Shown: positions 47,682 through 56,566 of the stretch, one piece after another
Layout: every line of letters starts with the position of its first letter
Numbering within the stretch: the stretch's first letter is position 1
DNA from: Candidatus Fermentibacterota bacterium
GTDB taxonomy: Bacteria; Fermentibacterota; Fermentibacteria; Fermentibacterales; JCC-6
Direction: 5' to 3'
DNA length: 64,000 nucleotides
Assembly (NCBI GenBank): GCA_963845085.1
Contig: CAWJQI010000004.1
Location: 224,001-288,000, forward strand
The notes under the pieces: generated by a model
Database searches by the model: none
The model's input: the letters and a program-made list of their open reading frames with translations, nothing else
What the model was told of the DNA's origin: nothing
Program-made: the position numbers and the translations under genes

Positions 47682-50600
47682 TCACTGTGTGGGAAACTCA
47701 TGCCCCCGGGGGGGGAAGCACAGCCCCGCCCTGTCAAGTTCCGCGAGAAAACCGGAAATCTCACCGCGCCCCACGATGCTGTTTCGCGCCGACGCGGATC
47801 GGATCCTTCCAAGCTCGTCAGCCAGGCGCACGCTTCCCTCGACAAGTGCTTCCCGGGCCTCTGAATCGCTCCCGGTGCGCGCGAGAAGCTCGGAAAGAAC
47901 AGAATACCTTCGGGCAACCTCGGGAGTTGACTGGCTGTCGGAAACGGCGGGGATCGAAGCGCGCAGCAACCCTGCGGCTTCCTCCAGCGAAGCGGGGCCT
48001 GCCTGGGGATCGTGCATGACAACAAGTCCCCGAATGAAAAGCACAAGGGCCTCGGTCGAGGGCGAATGCTTCATTCCTTCAAGCTTTTCCAGCTGCGTGA
48101 CGGCTTCACCCGACCTGCCCGATTCGACAAGCAGCTCGGCAAGGCTTAGTCTGCAGCCGGCCAGCGGTTCGGCGCACTCGAGGCTCTCGAACACCTGAAT
48201 CGACCGTCTGAAACAGCTCTCGGCTTCGTCATTGCCGCCTTCCAGCCGGTTGAGCATACCGAGGCCATAGTGACCGAAGCCCAGCCCGAGCATGTTGCCG
48301 ATCTCCCTGCTCAGGTCCATGTACTTTTCGAAGTACGCCCTGGCGGCCGACAGCCGGTTCAGTTGAAGGTTGTGCTCGGCGATGTTGTAGTAGGCGATGG
48401 CAAGCCCGAGCCTGTCGTCCAGCCTTCGGGTGAGGTCCACCACCCTCTCGAGCGTGTCGATCGCCCTGTCATAGTCGCCCGTTCCCGAATAACTTCCGTG
48501 CATGTTGTTCAGCACAAGGGCTTCCTCGGTCTGGTCGCCCATCTTCCGGCAGAGCTCGAGAGCCCGGTTGTAAAGGCTGAGTGCCTCGGCCGCTTCCCCC
48601 TGCTCGGCAAGCACATCGGCCCTCCGGGTGTAGTAATGGGCCCAGAGATCGTCCCTGATTCCGCTTCCAATGTCTTGAAGCAGGGTCAGGGCGCCGTCAA
48701 GCCACTGAAACGCCGCGTCGTAGTCACCGCGAAGCCTGCAGATGAACGAAATGGCCAGCCTGGCCTCGACTGCAGTACCCATGACCCCCGGATCGCCCGG
48801 ATCGCACTCGTCGCAAAGGTTCACAGTCTTCCTGAAGTGCTCCATCGCCTCGGGGAACCTGCTTCTCTGGTGGCAACTCCTGCCCAGCCGGAACTCAACC
48901 GCAGCGTGTTCCTCCGGACCCTCCGCCAGGGCAAGGGCCTTCCCAAGAAATGCCTCGGCCCTTTCGGCTTCGGCCGTGATCACCAGAAGCATGCCCAGGT
49001 TCATGTTTGCCATGAACATGGTTCTGCGGTCGGCCTGAGCTTTTTCAGCCCTTGCGAGGAACTCACCGTACCAGACAATGGCGTCACGGTTCGCCCCCAT
49101 GGAAAAGGCCTGGCGGGCCGCCTTCAGGGAGTACTCCGCGGCTTTCGCGGCATCACGGCTGCGCGTGTAGTGGTAGGCAACGGTACTGAGCAGATCGTCG
49201 CGCCCGGGAAGGAGTTCCTTTTCAAGATGGCGGGCGATCCGCTGATGAAGGACCTGCTTCAGGGATTCAGATATTTCCCGGCAAAGGTATTCCCGAACCG
49301 CTCCGTTCGAGAAGCTGAAACCGACCTCGCCCCCGGTCTCGACGGTTTCTGCCAGAAGCCCCGTCTGGACACAGTGGTCGAGGCTAACCGCAAGACCCGA
49401 CGGATCCTCGCCGACAACGTTCTCAAGAAGGTCAAGCGTGAGGTAGTCGGGAGAAAGCGAGGCGATGCGAAGGATGCCCCGTGCCCGGTCGTCAAGGCGG
49501 TCGAGCCTGGCGGCGATGATCTGCCCCATGCTCTCCGGAATGTCGGTACGGTCAGGAATGTTGTAAAGCTTTTCACCCGATGTGCCCGTTGTGACGGCCC
49601 CTGAATTGACGAGGGACAGGATCAGCTCGCGGAGGAACATGGGATTGCCCCCGCTCTGACGGATCAGGAAGCCCTGCAGTTCCTCGGGAACATTCGGATC
49701 CTTGAGGGCGAACAGGATCATGTTCCGTGACTCCTGCTGCGTCAGGTTGCCGAGTTCGATGTGCAGCAGGGGTATCGACGAACGGATGGACAAAAGCTTC
49801 TGGAAAACCCCCGGCTCCTCGTCGTTCCTTCGCAGCAGGCACACGAAGAGGATCCTTGAGGTGGCGGTGTTCCTGGCGACGTAGGAGAGCATGTCCAGAT
49901 CCTGCTCGGACGCCCACTGAAGATTGTCGGTGATCACAGCCAGGGGGCGCATGGACGAAACCGCGGCATAAATGGCTGCAACATCCTGGAAGATGCGGAA
50001 CCTGAGCCTTTCCTCCCGGAAATACACCGTGTCATCCAGCGCTGCCGCCCCGAGCCCGGGGAACAGCTCAAGGGTCGCAGGGTGTACTGAACCCATCTTC
50101 AGGCGAAGTTCCCGGGATTCGTCTTCCGCAAGAAGCGCAAGGGCCTGCTGCAGTGGCTGGATCACAAGGTCGTAGGGCTGATGTCTCACATGCTCGGAAG
50201 CGTCGCTTCGAACCGTTGTCACCTTCCTGAAACGGCAGTAGTTCAGCAGCTCCTCGACGAGCCTGTTCTTCCCGACCCCGGCCTCTCCGGTCACAAGTGC
50301 CATTCTGGCGGTATCTGCCAGTGTCTCATCCAGCAGCTGCCTCAGCTTGGTGAGTTCGGGGCGCCTTCCGACCATGTGGGAGAAGCTTGTTTCCGAGCCC
50401 CCGTCCTCCCTGTTGTCATCGGAGAACATGCAGAACCTTCCCCGCCCCGTTTCCTTCGCGCGGTAGAGAGCTTTGTCCGCCCTGTCTATGAGGCATGTGA
50501 TTGCGGTGTCGGAAGGGCGGCACTGGCTCACCCCCATCGAAAGGCTTACAAGGGGACCGGATGGGTGTCCCCTGCGCCGCACTTCGTGCATCAGCCGTTC

Positions 50601-50909
50601 AGCGAGACTCATGGCGCCCTCGCCGGTCGTGTCGGGCAGGACAAGGATGAATTCGTCACCGCCGAAGCGAATAGGAACGTCCGTGCCCTTGAGACCGACG
50701 CGGATCGTGTGGGCGACCTGCCTGAGAACGTCGTCGCCCGCGAGGTGACCGTATATGTCGTTGATCAGTTTGAAATGGTCAACGTCGAGGATGATCAGTG
50801 ACCATGTTTTTTCACGGTTGGCGAATGCAACCTCAAGGAAATCAAGGTACGACCTGTTCCGTAGACCGGTCAGGGGATCGACGCCTGCTGGTTCCCTTTT
50901 GCTTTCCAT
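47682..50909 (-). CDS. Diguanylate cyclase (GGDEF) - STAND-type ATPase - TPR protein
   Basis: DPLTGL, DVDHFKLIND, RFGGDEF; VGRRPEL, GEAGVGKN, DNLQWA, SGGNPMFLREL; C-terminal TPR-like repeats. Confidence 0.88.
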   Translation of the reverse strand: MESKREPAGVDPLTGLRNRSYLDFLEVAFANREKTWSLIILDVDHFKLINDIYGHLAGDDVLRQVAHTIRVGLKGTDVPIRFGGDEFILVLPDTTGEGAMSLAERLMHEVRRRGHPSGPLVSLSMGVSQCRPSDTAITCLIDRADKALYRAKETGRGRFCMFSDDNREDGGSETSFSHMVGRRPELTKLRQLLDETLADTARMALVTGEAGVGKNRLVEELLNYCRFRKVTTVRSDASEHVRHQPYDLVIQPLQQALALLAEDESRELRLKMGSVHPATLELFPGLGAAALDDTVYFREERLRFRIFQDVAAIYAAVSSMRPLAVITDNLQWASEQDLDMLSYVARNTATSRILFVCLLRRNDEEPGVFQKLLSIRSSIPLLHIELGNLTQQESRNMILFALKDPNVPEELQGFLIRQSGGNPMFLRELILSLVNSGAVTTGTSGEKLYNIPDRTDIPESMGQIIAARLDRLDDRARGILRIASLSPDYLTLDLLENVVGEDPSGLAVSLDHCVQTGLLAETVETGGEVGFSFSNGAVREYLCREISESLKQVLHQRIARHLEKELLPGRDDLLSTVAYHYTRSRDAAKAAEYSLKAARQAFSMGANRDAIVWYGEFLARAEKAQADRRTMFMANMNLGMLLVITAEAERAEAFLGKALALAEGPEEHAAVEFRLGRSCHQRSRFPEAMEHFRKTVNLCDECDPGDPGVMGTAVEARLAISFICRLRGDYDAAFQWLDGALTLLQDIGSGIRDDLWAHYYTRRADVLAEQGEAAEALSLYNRALELCRKMGDQTEEALVLNNMHGSYSGTGDYDRAIDTLERVVDLTRRLDDRLGLAIAYYNIAEHNLQLNRLSAARAYFEKYMDLSREIGNMLGLGFGHYGLGMLNRLEGGNDEAESCFRRSIQVFESLECAEPLAGCRLSLAELLVESGRSGEAVTQLEKLEGMKHSPSTEALVLFIRGLVVMHDPQAGPASLEEAAGLLRASIPAVSDSQSTPEVARRYSVLSELLARTGSDSEAREALVEGSVRLADELGRIRSASARNSIVGRGEISGFLAELDRAGLCFPPRGHEFPTQ

Positions 50910-51001
50910 ACGAACGGTTACTAACAGGCAGAACCGCCGGTGTCCAGTGGAAACCACACCGGTCCGAATGCCCCGGCAGAAACGATAAACGCTTCAGCCA
51001 A

Positions 51002-52108
51002 CTACCTTCCGGCGGCGTCCCATCTGAGAAGCGATGCCCCCGTGACCGGCAGGAGAACAGCAGCGCTCTCGCCGGCCGGAACCCAGAAAAGCCTTCCGTC
51101 ACTGCTTTCGATGAGCAGGCCGTTGCCGGTTCGGGACCAGAGCGCCTCGCTGAGGGTGTAGCTGTCTATCCTGATGATTGCTGCGCCCTCGCCCCCGGCG
51201 TTCACACGGTACAGGGTGAACGAGCCGTCGGAGGCCATGGGATCTGCTCCGGACGCGATGAGTACCTGCACGCTTCCATCGGGTGCCACATTGGGGTAGC
51301 CGTAGAAGTAGTAGGACCTTGAGGGCACTTCCTCGCCTATCTGTGTGCAGCTCCATTCGGGGGCGTCGAGCCTGCAGAATGACTGCCGCCCGCCCGACCG
51401 CGGGTAGGCGATGTAAAGGACCTGGCCGTCGGATTTCCACCCGGGGGTTCCGATACCCTCCTGCAGGATGGTGAGGCTTCCGCCCATCTCCTTGAGCGCC
51501 ATGGATACCCCGTATATGCTTTCGAGAGGGTAGTCGTAGCAGGTGACGAGAAGCCGCACGCCGTCGGGAGACCATGAATCGACACCGATTATGATACGGC
51601 ACCCGCCTGACCCGCCGGATGCAAGGGGATCGCCGTTGGGGTGCAGAACGGTCACCGAGCTGTCGGATGGATTGACCATCATGAGCCCGTTGTGGACGAA
51701 AGCTATCGAGGAGCCGTCGGGAGACCACCTGGGCGAGGCGATCCTTCCGGTGATTCGCGCGGTGTCGTTGTGGGGGGCCACACCGCTTCCGGCGGGGGGC
51801 AGCACTGCTCCCTCGACAAGAACCCTTCTCACGCCGTCCCCGTCAAGCAGGACGAGGGCGTTGCCGGAAACGAACGCGATGTCGCCGTTCACGGGGGAAA
51901 CATCGAAGTCCTCGATGGGCAGCGTCTCCCCGGTCAACCGTTCAAGCGATTCCCCGTTCCGGGAGAGCCTGTGGATCTGCCCATCCATCACGAAGCAGAC
52001 CGATGAGGGCAGAATGTTCCTCTGGCCGGCCGGCGCCGGGAACGTGAAAGCCTGGAAAGCATTCAAGGCGGACACAGCCATGAGCACAACTCCCAATGGT
52101 TTTATCAT
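51002..52108 (-). CDS. Exported TolB/PD40-like beta-propeller protein
   Basis: Signal peptide; repeated SPRWSPDG, WSPDG, WKSDG, VAPDG. Confidence 0.75.
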   Translation of the reverse strand: MIKPLGVVLMAVSALNAFQAFTFPAPAGQRNILPSSVCFVMDGQIHRLSRNGESLERLTGETLPIEDFDVSPVNGDIAFVSGNALVLLDGDGVRRVLVEGAVLPPAGSGVAPHNDTARITGRIASPRWSPDGSSIAFVHNGLMMVNPSDSSVTVLHPNGDPLASGGSGGCRIIIGVDSWSPDGVRLLVTCYDYPLESIYGVSMALKEMGGSLTILQEGIGTPGWKSDGQVLYIAYPRSGGRQSFCRLDAPEWSCTQIGEEVPSRSYYFYGYPNVAPDGSVQVLIASGADPMASDGSFTLYRVNAGGEGAAIIRIDSYTLSEALWSRTGNGLLIESSDGRLFWVPAGESAAVLLPVTGASLLRWDAAGR

Positions 52109-52136
52109 CGCCACCCTCCCCTCGAAAAACCGCCTG

Positions 52137-53140
52137 TCAACGCAAAACAGAGAAGTCCGCAGACTGCCTCCAGCCCGCGCCCGAGACAAGCAGATGATAA
52201 GCACCGGATGGCAGCCCATCAACGACCACGGTACAACCGCCGGCTTCGAACACGCCGTCCTGCATGAACACGGTTCGGCCAGCGGTGTCGAACACCTCGA
52301 CCGCCACCCGTTCTTCACCACCGAGCGTGAACATGACATCGACAGCACCCATGGAGGGGTTGGGAGTCACTCTCAATTCGGAACGCAGCGGGATTAGCGT
52401 GCCTTCCTCGATTGCTCCCATGTCCATGCAGTATCGGTTGATGACCCCGAGGACGGGATCGCTGAAGTAGAACCGGTTGTTCTCGGCTTGCCGCCCCAAC
52501 CCCCACTGCGCCAGCGAATTCGACCATTATAAAGCACCTCGTAGGCATCGGGTTCGTAGTACATCCTCACCGGCGAGACCGGATCGTTGCACGCCACGGG
52601 GTAGAACATGTCTCCGTATCTCGGAGCGGAGATGTCGTGCACCTCGGGGCAGTTCAATAACGCGATCCGCTCGACCGGGTCACTGGTACCCAGTGGCAAA
52701 TCAATGCTGTAGATGACGTTGGCAGCGGAGTCGATGAAGTACAGACGCCAAGTTCCGCCCCAGTAATACTCGTCCAGCCCCGTAATGCTTGCGATGCCAA
52801 AGCCGGAATAGTCCCATGTGCCGGCCGGCTGGCCGCCCGTCGTCATCGCATGCACAACGGCCGTGCCGCTCTCGGCGAAGTACAGGGTGTCATCCGAGAG
52901 TGCGAGCCCGACAGCCTTCTTTTCCATCGTCGGCAGCTGAACCGTGCCCAGAAGAGCTCCGGTATGGTAGTTAACGGCGTAGACCATGCAATCAAGCGAA
53001 TCAACGGCATAGACTGTTTGGCCTTCGCACGCAAGGCCGGTGATGTGATCAGAGGGCGCGGGGAAGCTCCATTCGATCGCCTGGCTGAATGCGGTACAGG
53101 CAAGAAGGATGATGAGCAAAGCTGAAAGTCTCATTATCAT
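52137..53140 (-). pseudogene. Secreted beta-propeller-like protein with T9SS-type CTD, interrupted by two apparent +1 frameshifts near 52490-52525
   Basis: AGGAGGT RBS and signal peptide; frames join as YNG/EFAGAVGVGAA/AENNRFYFSDP; CTD VTPNP..VFDTAGR..LPSGAY. Confidence 0.7.
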
Positions 53141-53256
53141 ACCTCCTGACATATATTAAGACACCTGTTAGAATATATTAAGTGAGCTGACGGAACGCAA
53201 TCGGGGGCTTTACATTCCCTACCTTTCATGTATGTATTGCGGGAAAGGAGGTTCCC

Positions 53257-53877
53257 ATGAAATCACTCGCGGGAACGTTGCTGCTCTGTACCGGTCTATG
53301 CTGGGCAGCGGTGATAGTCGGATCACCCGAGACCCCCTCGATGGACCCTTTCTGCGCGTCTTGAGGAAGCCAGATGCGCTATCAGGTGATGGCGCTCTCT
53401 TCCGAGATGGACGGAGCCATGACGATCGGTTCGATAGCATGGCAGAGGGGCGGATCAGCCGGTTCAACCACCGGCTACTACAACAGCTTCAAGCTCTATG
53501 TGGGCGTCGCCTCGACTGACGAGCTCACAACAACCTTCGAGGACAACTACGTCCCCGGCACCAGGACCCTGGTTTACGAAACAGCATCGCAGACCATGAC
53601 CGCCGGACCCGATGAGTGGATGACGATCAACCTCGACACCCCCTTCTGGTACAACGGCACGGATAACCTTGTGGTTGAGCTTGTGTGGATCGGCGGCTCC
53701 AACATGTTCTACACGTACAAGTGGAATGCCGGTTCGAATCGCGCGCTCGAGAACGGCGACGACATCACCTCCCCCACGGGCACGCTCAGCCAGAGCATGT
53801 CCGAACTCGCTTTCGACGGTCCCCTGAGCCTGACCAGGTACAGTTTCGGAGCCATCAAGGCGTTCTGGGCGGAGTAG
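53257..53877 (+). CDS. Secreted protein with in-frame UGA at codon 36 (C-A-S-U), candidate selenoprotein
   Basis: AAGGAGG RBS, ATG 53257, signal peptide MKSLAGTLLLCTGLCWA, TGA 53362-53364 in frame with the track ORF 53374..53877; LDTPFWYNGTDNLVVE domain; C-terminal SFGAIKAF. Confidence 0.72.
53365..53403 (+). promoter_or_regulatory. Candidate bacterial SECIS element
   Basis: GGAAG-cc-AGA-t-GCGCTATC-[AGGT]-GATGGCGC-TCT-CTTCC starts immediately after the UGA; G-containing apical loop about 20 nt downstream; bulged U. Confidence 0.65.
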
Positions 53878-53918
53878 GACAAGACCGAGCCGTGCATCGG
53901 TTACGGCCCCGATCAGAC

Positions 53919-53951
53919 AGAAGGGGTGGGGAAAAATCCCACCCCTTCTTT
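53919..53951 (+). terminator. Intrinsic terminator
   Basis: AGAAGGGGTGGG-gaaaaat-CCCACCCCTTCT then TT. Confidence 0.7.
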
Positions 53952-54033
53952 GATCCATCCCTGACGGGAACTTTCAGTCAAAGTGGAAAACTGATTGGAC
54001 GGAAGTTCCTAAAACGAGGGAGAAGCGCTCCGA

Positions 54034-55614
54034 TCAGGCTTTCATCGGTGAGCCGACGATGCTTTCCTTCGCCCTGTCCAGCTTGCGGGCAAACGGGCTT
54101 CGCCTGAAGTTCGACGCCCACTGTCTCGATATCATCCAGCCGCCGAACCGGAGGAGGTCGTTCCTCCATATCCTGTGCCACCTGGACCAGCTCATCCGCA
54201 CGTTCCAGAGCGGGAGCAGCATCGCAGGGAAGATCAGGATGTTCCTTCCGATGGAGAAAAGGCGGCTGAACCGGTAGAAACGGCTGGTTATGGTTCTGAT
54301 GGCCCACTGCATGTCCTCGGGCGCCATCGGGGCATCGGGCATGAAGAGGGGGAAGTTGCCGTCGTAGTATTCCCAGCCCACATGGTCCAGCGAGAACACC
54401 CGGTTCTCGAGTGACAGACGCCTTGTGAGCCCGGTACCCGGAAGCGTGACAGGAAGAAGGATCTGAACAGTGTCTATCCTGCTGCGGCGGATGAACTTCT
54501 CGAAACAGCGAACCCTCTCCGCCGTGGGCACCTGCACTTCGACGCCTGCCGGCAGCGGGTAGCCAAAAATGAACATGCCGTGTACGCGAAAGCCCGCCCT
54601 GTGGTAGAGGTCGGTCAGTTTGACCATCTCGTCGGGGCGGATCCTTTTGTCCATGGCTTCGAGCTCTTCCGGAATGGGCGACTCGTAGCCGATGCAGACA
54701 GTGTTCACCCCCGCGCTTCTCATGGCCTCGAGCATCCCCCTGTCGCCCGCATGGTCAAGCCTGATCTGAACCGTGATGTCCAGCCGGATGCCCACGGCCT
54801 TCTGGAAGTCGGCAAGGATGCTGCAGAGGCGCATGGTCTCCCTGCGGAACTGCCCGAAGAGGTCGTCGACTATGAAAAACCTGCGGGCTCCGTGAACTTC
54901 CGTCAGAACGGCTATCTGCTCTACTACACGTTCGACCGAGGATGCCCTCGGCTTTCCCTTGACCGTGCAGAACTCGCAGTTCATGCCGCAGCCGCGTATC
55001 CAGGATACAGGAAACAGCCTGACCCGGGCGTAACGCAGAAGGCTGAAATCGGGAAGCGGCAGGGCGTCGAACTCGGTTATGGGAGGCCGCTCGCGGGTAC
55101 TGACCAGGTTTCCGTCACGGATGAAGGAAATCCCGTCAACCCCCGCAGGGTCACCCCCCTCTGCGATAACGGTAAGAAGCTCCCGGATGGCGAAGTCGCC
55201 CTCCCCTCGAACTATGTAGTCGATGCCCGCTTCAAGGGCTGCGGGGATGGTCTCTTCCGTGAAGTGCTGACCGCCCGCCACGGTTACGGCGCCCGTCTTC
55301 CTGTAGAACTGCGCGAGCTTCACAAGCCTCGGTATCGTGCTGCTGAGACCGCCGTACAACCCAACAACATCGGCACGCCTTATGTTCTGAAGGGTGCTGT
55401 GATCGGGAAGGCCACCGGCGTCCCTCGGCCCCATGCCGCGGTAGTTGTTCTCGTCGATAACCTCGGCGTGCCAACCCGGGGTGCGGTCCGCTACGGTGGC
55501 GATGCTGAGCGGCCCGAGGGCCGTGGTCTGCCTGGCCACCCTCGAGTAGATGTTGAACGCCGGATAAGCCGGCGCGATCATTCTGAACCTGCGGTCGTGC
55601 GTGAATGGTTCCAA
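54034..55614 (-). CDS. Cobalamin-binding radical SAM protein
   Basis: N-terminal B12-binding-like domain (VIDEN, VAGGQH, RGEGD); RGCGMNCEFC; IGYES; GMFIFG. Confidence 0.9.
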   Translation of the reverse strand: MEPFTHDRRFRMIAPAYPAFNIYSRVARQTTALGPLSIATVADRTPGWHAEVIDENNYRGMGPRDAGGLPDHSTLQNIRRADVVGLYGGLSSTIPRLVKLAQFYRKTGAVTVAGGQHFTEETIPAALEAGIDYIVRGEGDFAIRELLTVIAEGGDPAGVDGISFIRDGNLVSTRERPPITEFDALPLPDFSLLRYARVRLFPVSWIRGCGMNCEFCTVKGKPRASSVERVVEQIAVLTEVHGARRFFIVDDLFGQFRRETMRLCSILADFQKAVGIRLDITVQIRLDHAGDRGMLEAMRSAGVNTVCIGYESPIPEELEAMDKRIRPDEMVKLTDLYHRAGFRVHGMFIFGYPLPAGVEVQVPTAERVRCFEKFIRRSRIDTVQILLPVTLPGTGLTRRLSLENRVFSLDHVGWEYYDGNFPLFMPDAPMAPEDMQWAIRTITSRFYRFSRLFSIGRNILIFPAMLLPLWNVRMSWSRWHRIWRNDLLRFGGWMISRQWASNFRRSPFARKLDRAKESIVGSPMKA

Positions 55615-55675
55615 GAAATGCTGCCTTTCGATGGGCCTGCCGGTGCGCTGTTGAAGCTGCCGGTGTGATGTTTAG

Positions 55676-55704
55676 CATATAACCCATGAGTTCCGGTATG
55701 TCAA
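55676..55704 (-). promoter_or_regulatory. Sigma70-type promoter for the B12 radical SAM gene
   Basis: Minus strand TTGACA-N17-TATATG in AT-rich intergenic DNA. Confidence 0.6.
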
Positions 55705-55950
55705 TAATGAATGGATGTAAATATTATATTACAGGATATTCATATGCTTATTAAAATAATCAATGTTTTTACTTGTCAGTGATGGTATGTCTGAAATGAA
55801 GTTGCTTTCGCCCGTTTTCCATGTTGTTCTCATCGATTATCGCTTCATTTCGTGGCATGCCGTGTACCCGGGCTTAGCCGACCGGCAGTGCCATCAGGAA
55901 TGCAGGAAGTGTTGAGCGGAACGGGCCGGTCCGCTACCGGGAGCGAATGG

Positions 55951-56502
55951 TCACAGGCCGGTTGAAACGGCTGCAGCCGCTGCGATCACACTGAGAATCA
56001 GTGCGAGAAGGGCCGGTATCAGGCTCCCCTTCCCGAGGAAGGCTTCGTCCGGTTTTGCGGGGTTGTAGATGACCGTCACCGGGGCGCCCAGGGGGTATTT
56101 TTCAATAAGCCTGTTCCATGTTCCCTCGAACGATGAGGAACGGTGCTCGAAGCCGGGACGAATAGAACCGCTTGCATACTCCCGCCCGTCCACCAGGTAT
56201 GTGAACAGAACGGCGGGTTTGTAGATGATGCTCTCACCGTCGTCAATCCTTGCAACCTCGGAACGGGTAACTGCACCCTGTGTCTGCGGCCACCTGCCCA
56301 TTCTCAGCCTGAGCAGAAGCTCCCTTATGAAAAGGGCCGCGCCCACTGTCGTCACACCGAGCAGCGCATGAGGAACCACATCCCTCTGAAGCACCGGCAG
56401 CCTGTCGCTCAGGCGGCCGAAAAGCACCGCCGCGACGACCATGCCCATGATCACGAGGATGTTCCATGGTTTCACAACTGCCCGCCTGCGCTGCTCCATC
56501 AT
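55951..56502 (-). CDS. DUF3592-family membrane protein
   Basis: WPQTQGAV, YLVDGREY, YPLGAPVTVIYNPAKPDEAFL flanked by TMs. Confidence 0.8.
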   Translation of the reverse strand: MMEQRRRAVVKPWNILVIMGMVVAAVLFGRLSDRLPVLQRDVVPHALLGVTTVGAALFIRELLLRLRMGRWPQTQGAVTRSEVARIDDGESIIYKPAVLFTYLVDGREYASGSIRPGFEHRSSSFEGTWNRLIEKYPLGAPVTVIYNPAKPDEAFLGKGSLIPALLALILSVIAAAAAVSTGL

Positions 56503-56566
56503 ATTGTCCCTTCTGGGCTTCCCCTCTGCAGAACATTCAAGGGAGCATCCCGGTCCGCCAAAAGCA

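Noticed and set aside
52480..52530. Programmed frameshifting in the secreted propeller gene
   Set aside because: Two nearby single-base insertions with no slippery heptamer; assembly error or decay is simpler.
53362..53364. Genome-wide UGA reassignment to Trp or Gly as the explanation of the in-frame TGA
   Set aside because: Many genes here end in TGA at their expected C-termini (e.g. proS, AOR) and in ATGA overlaps.
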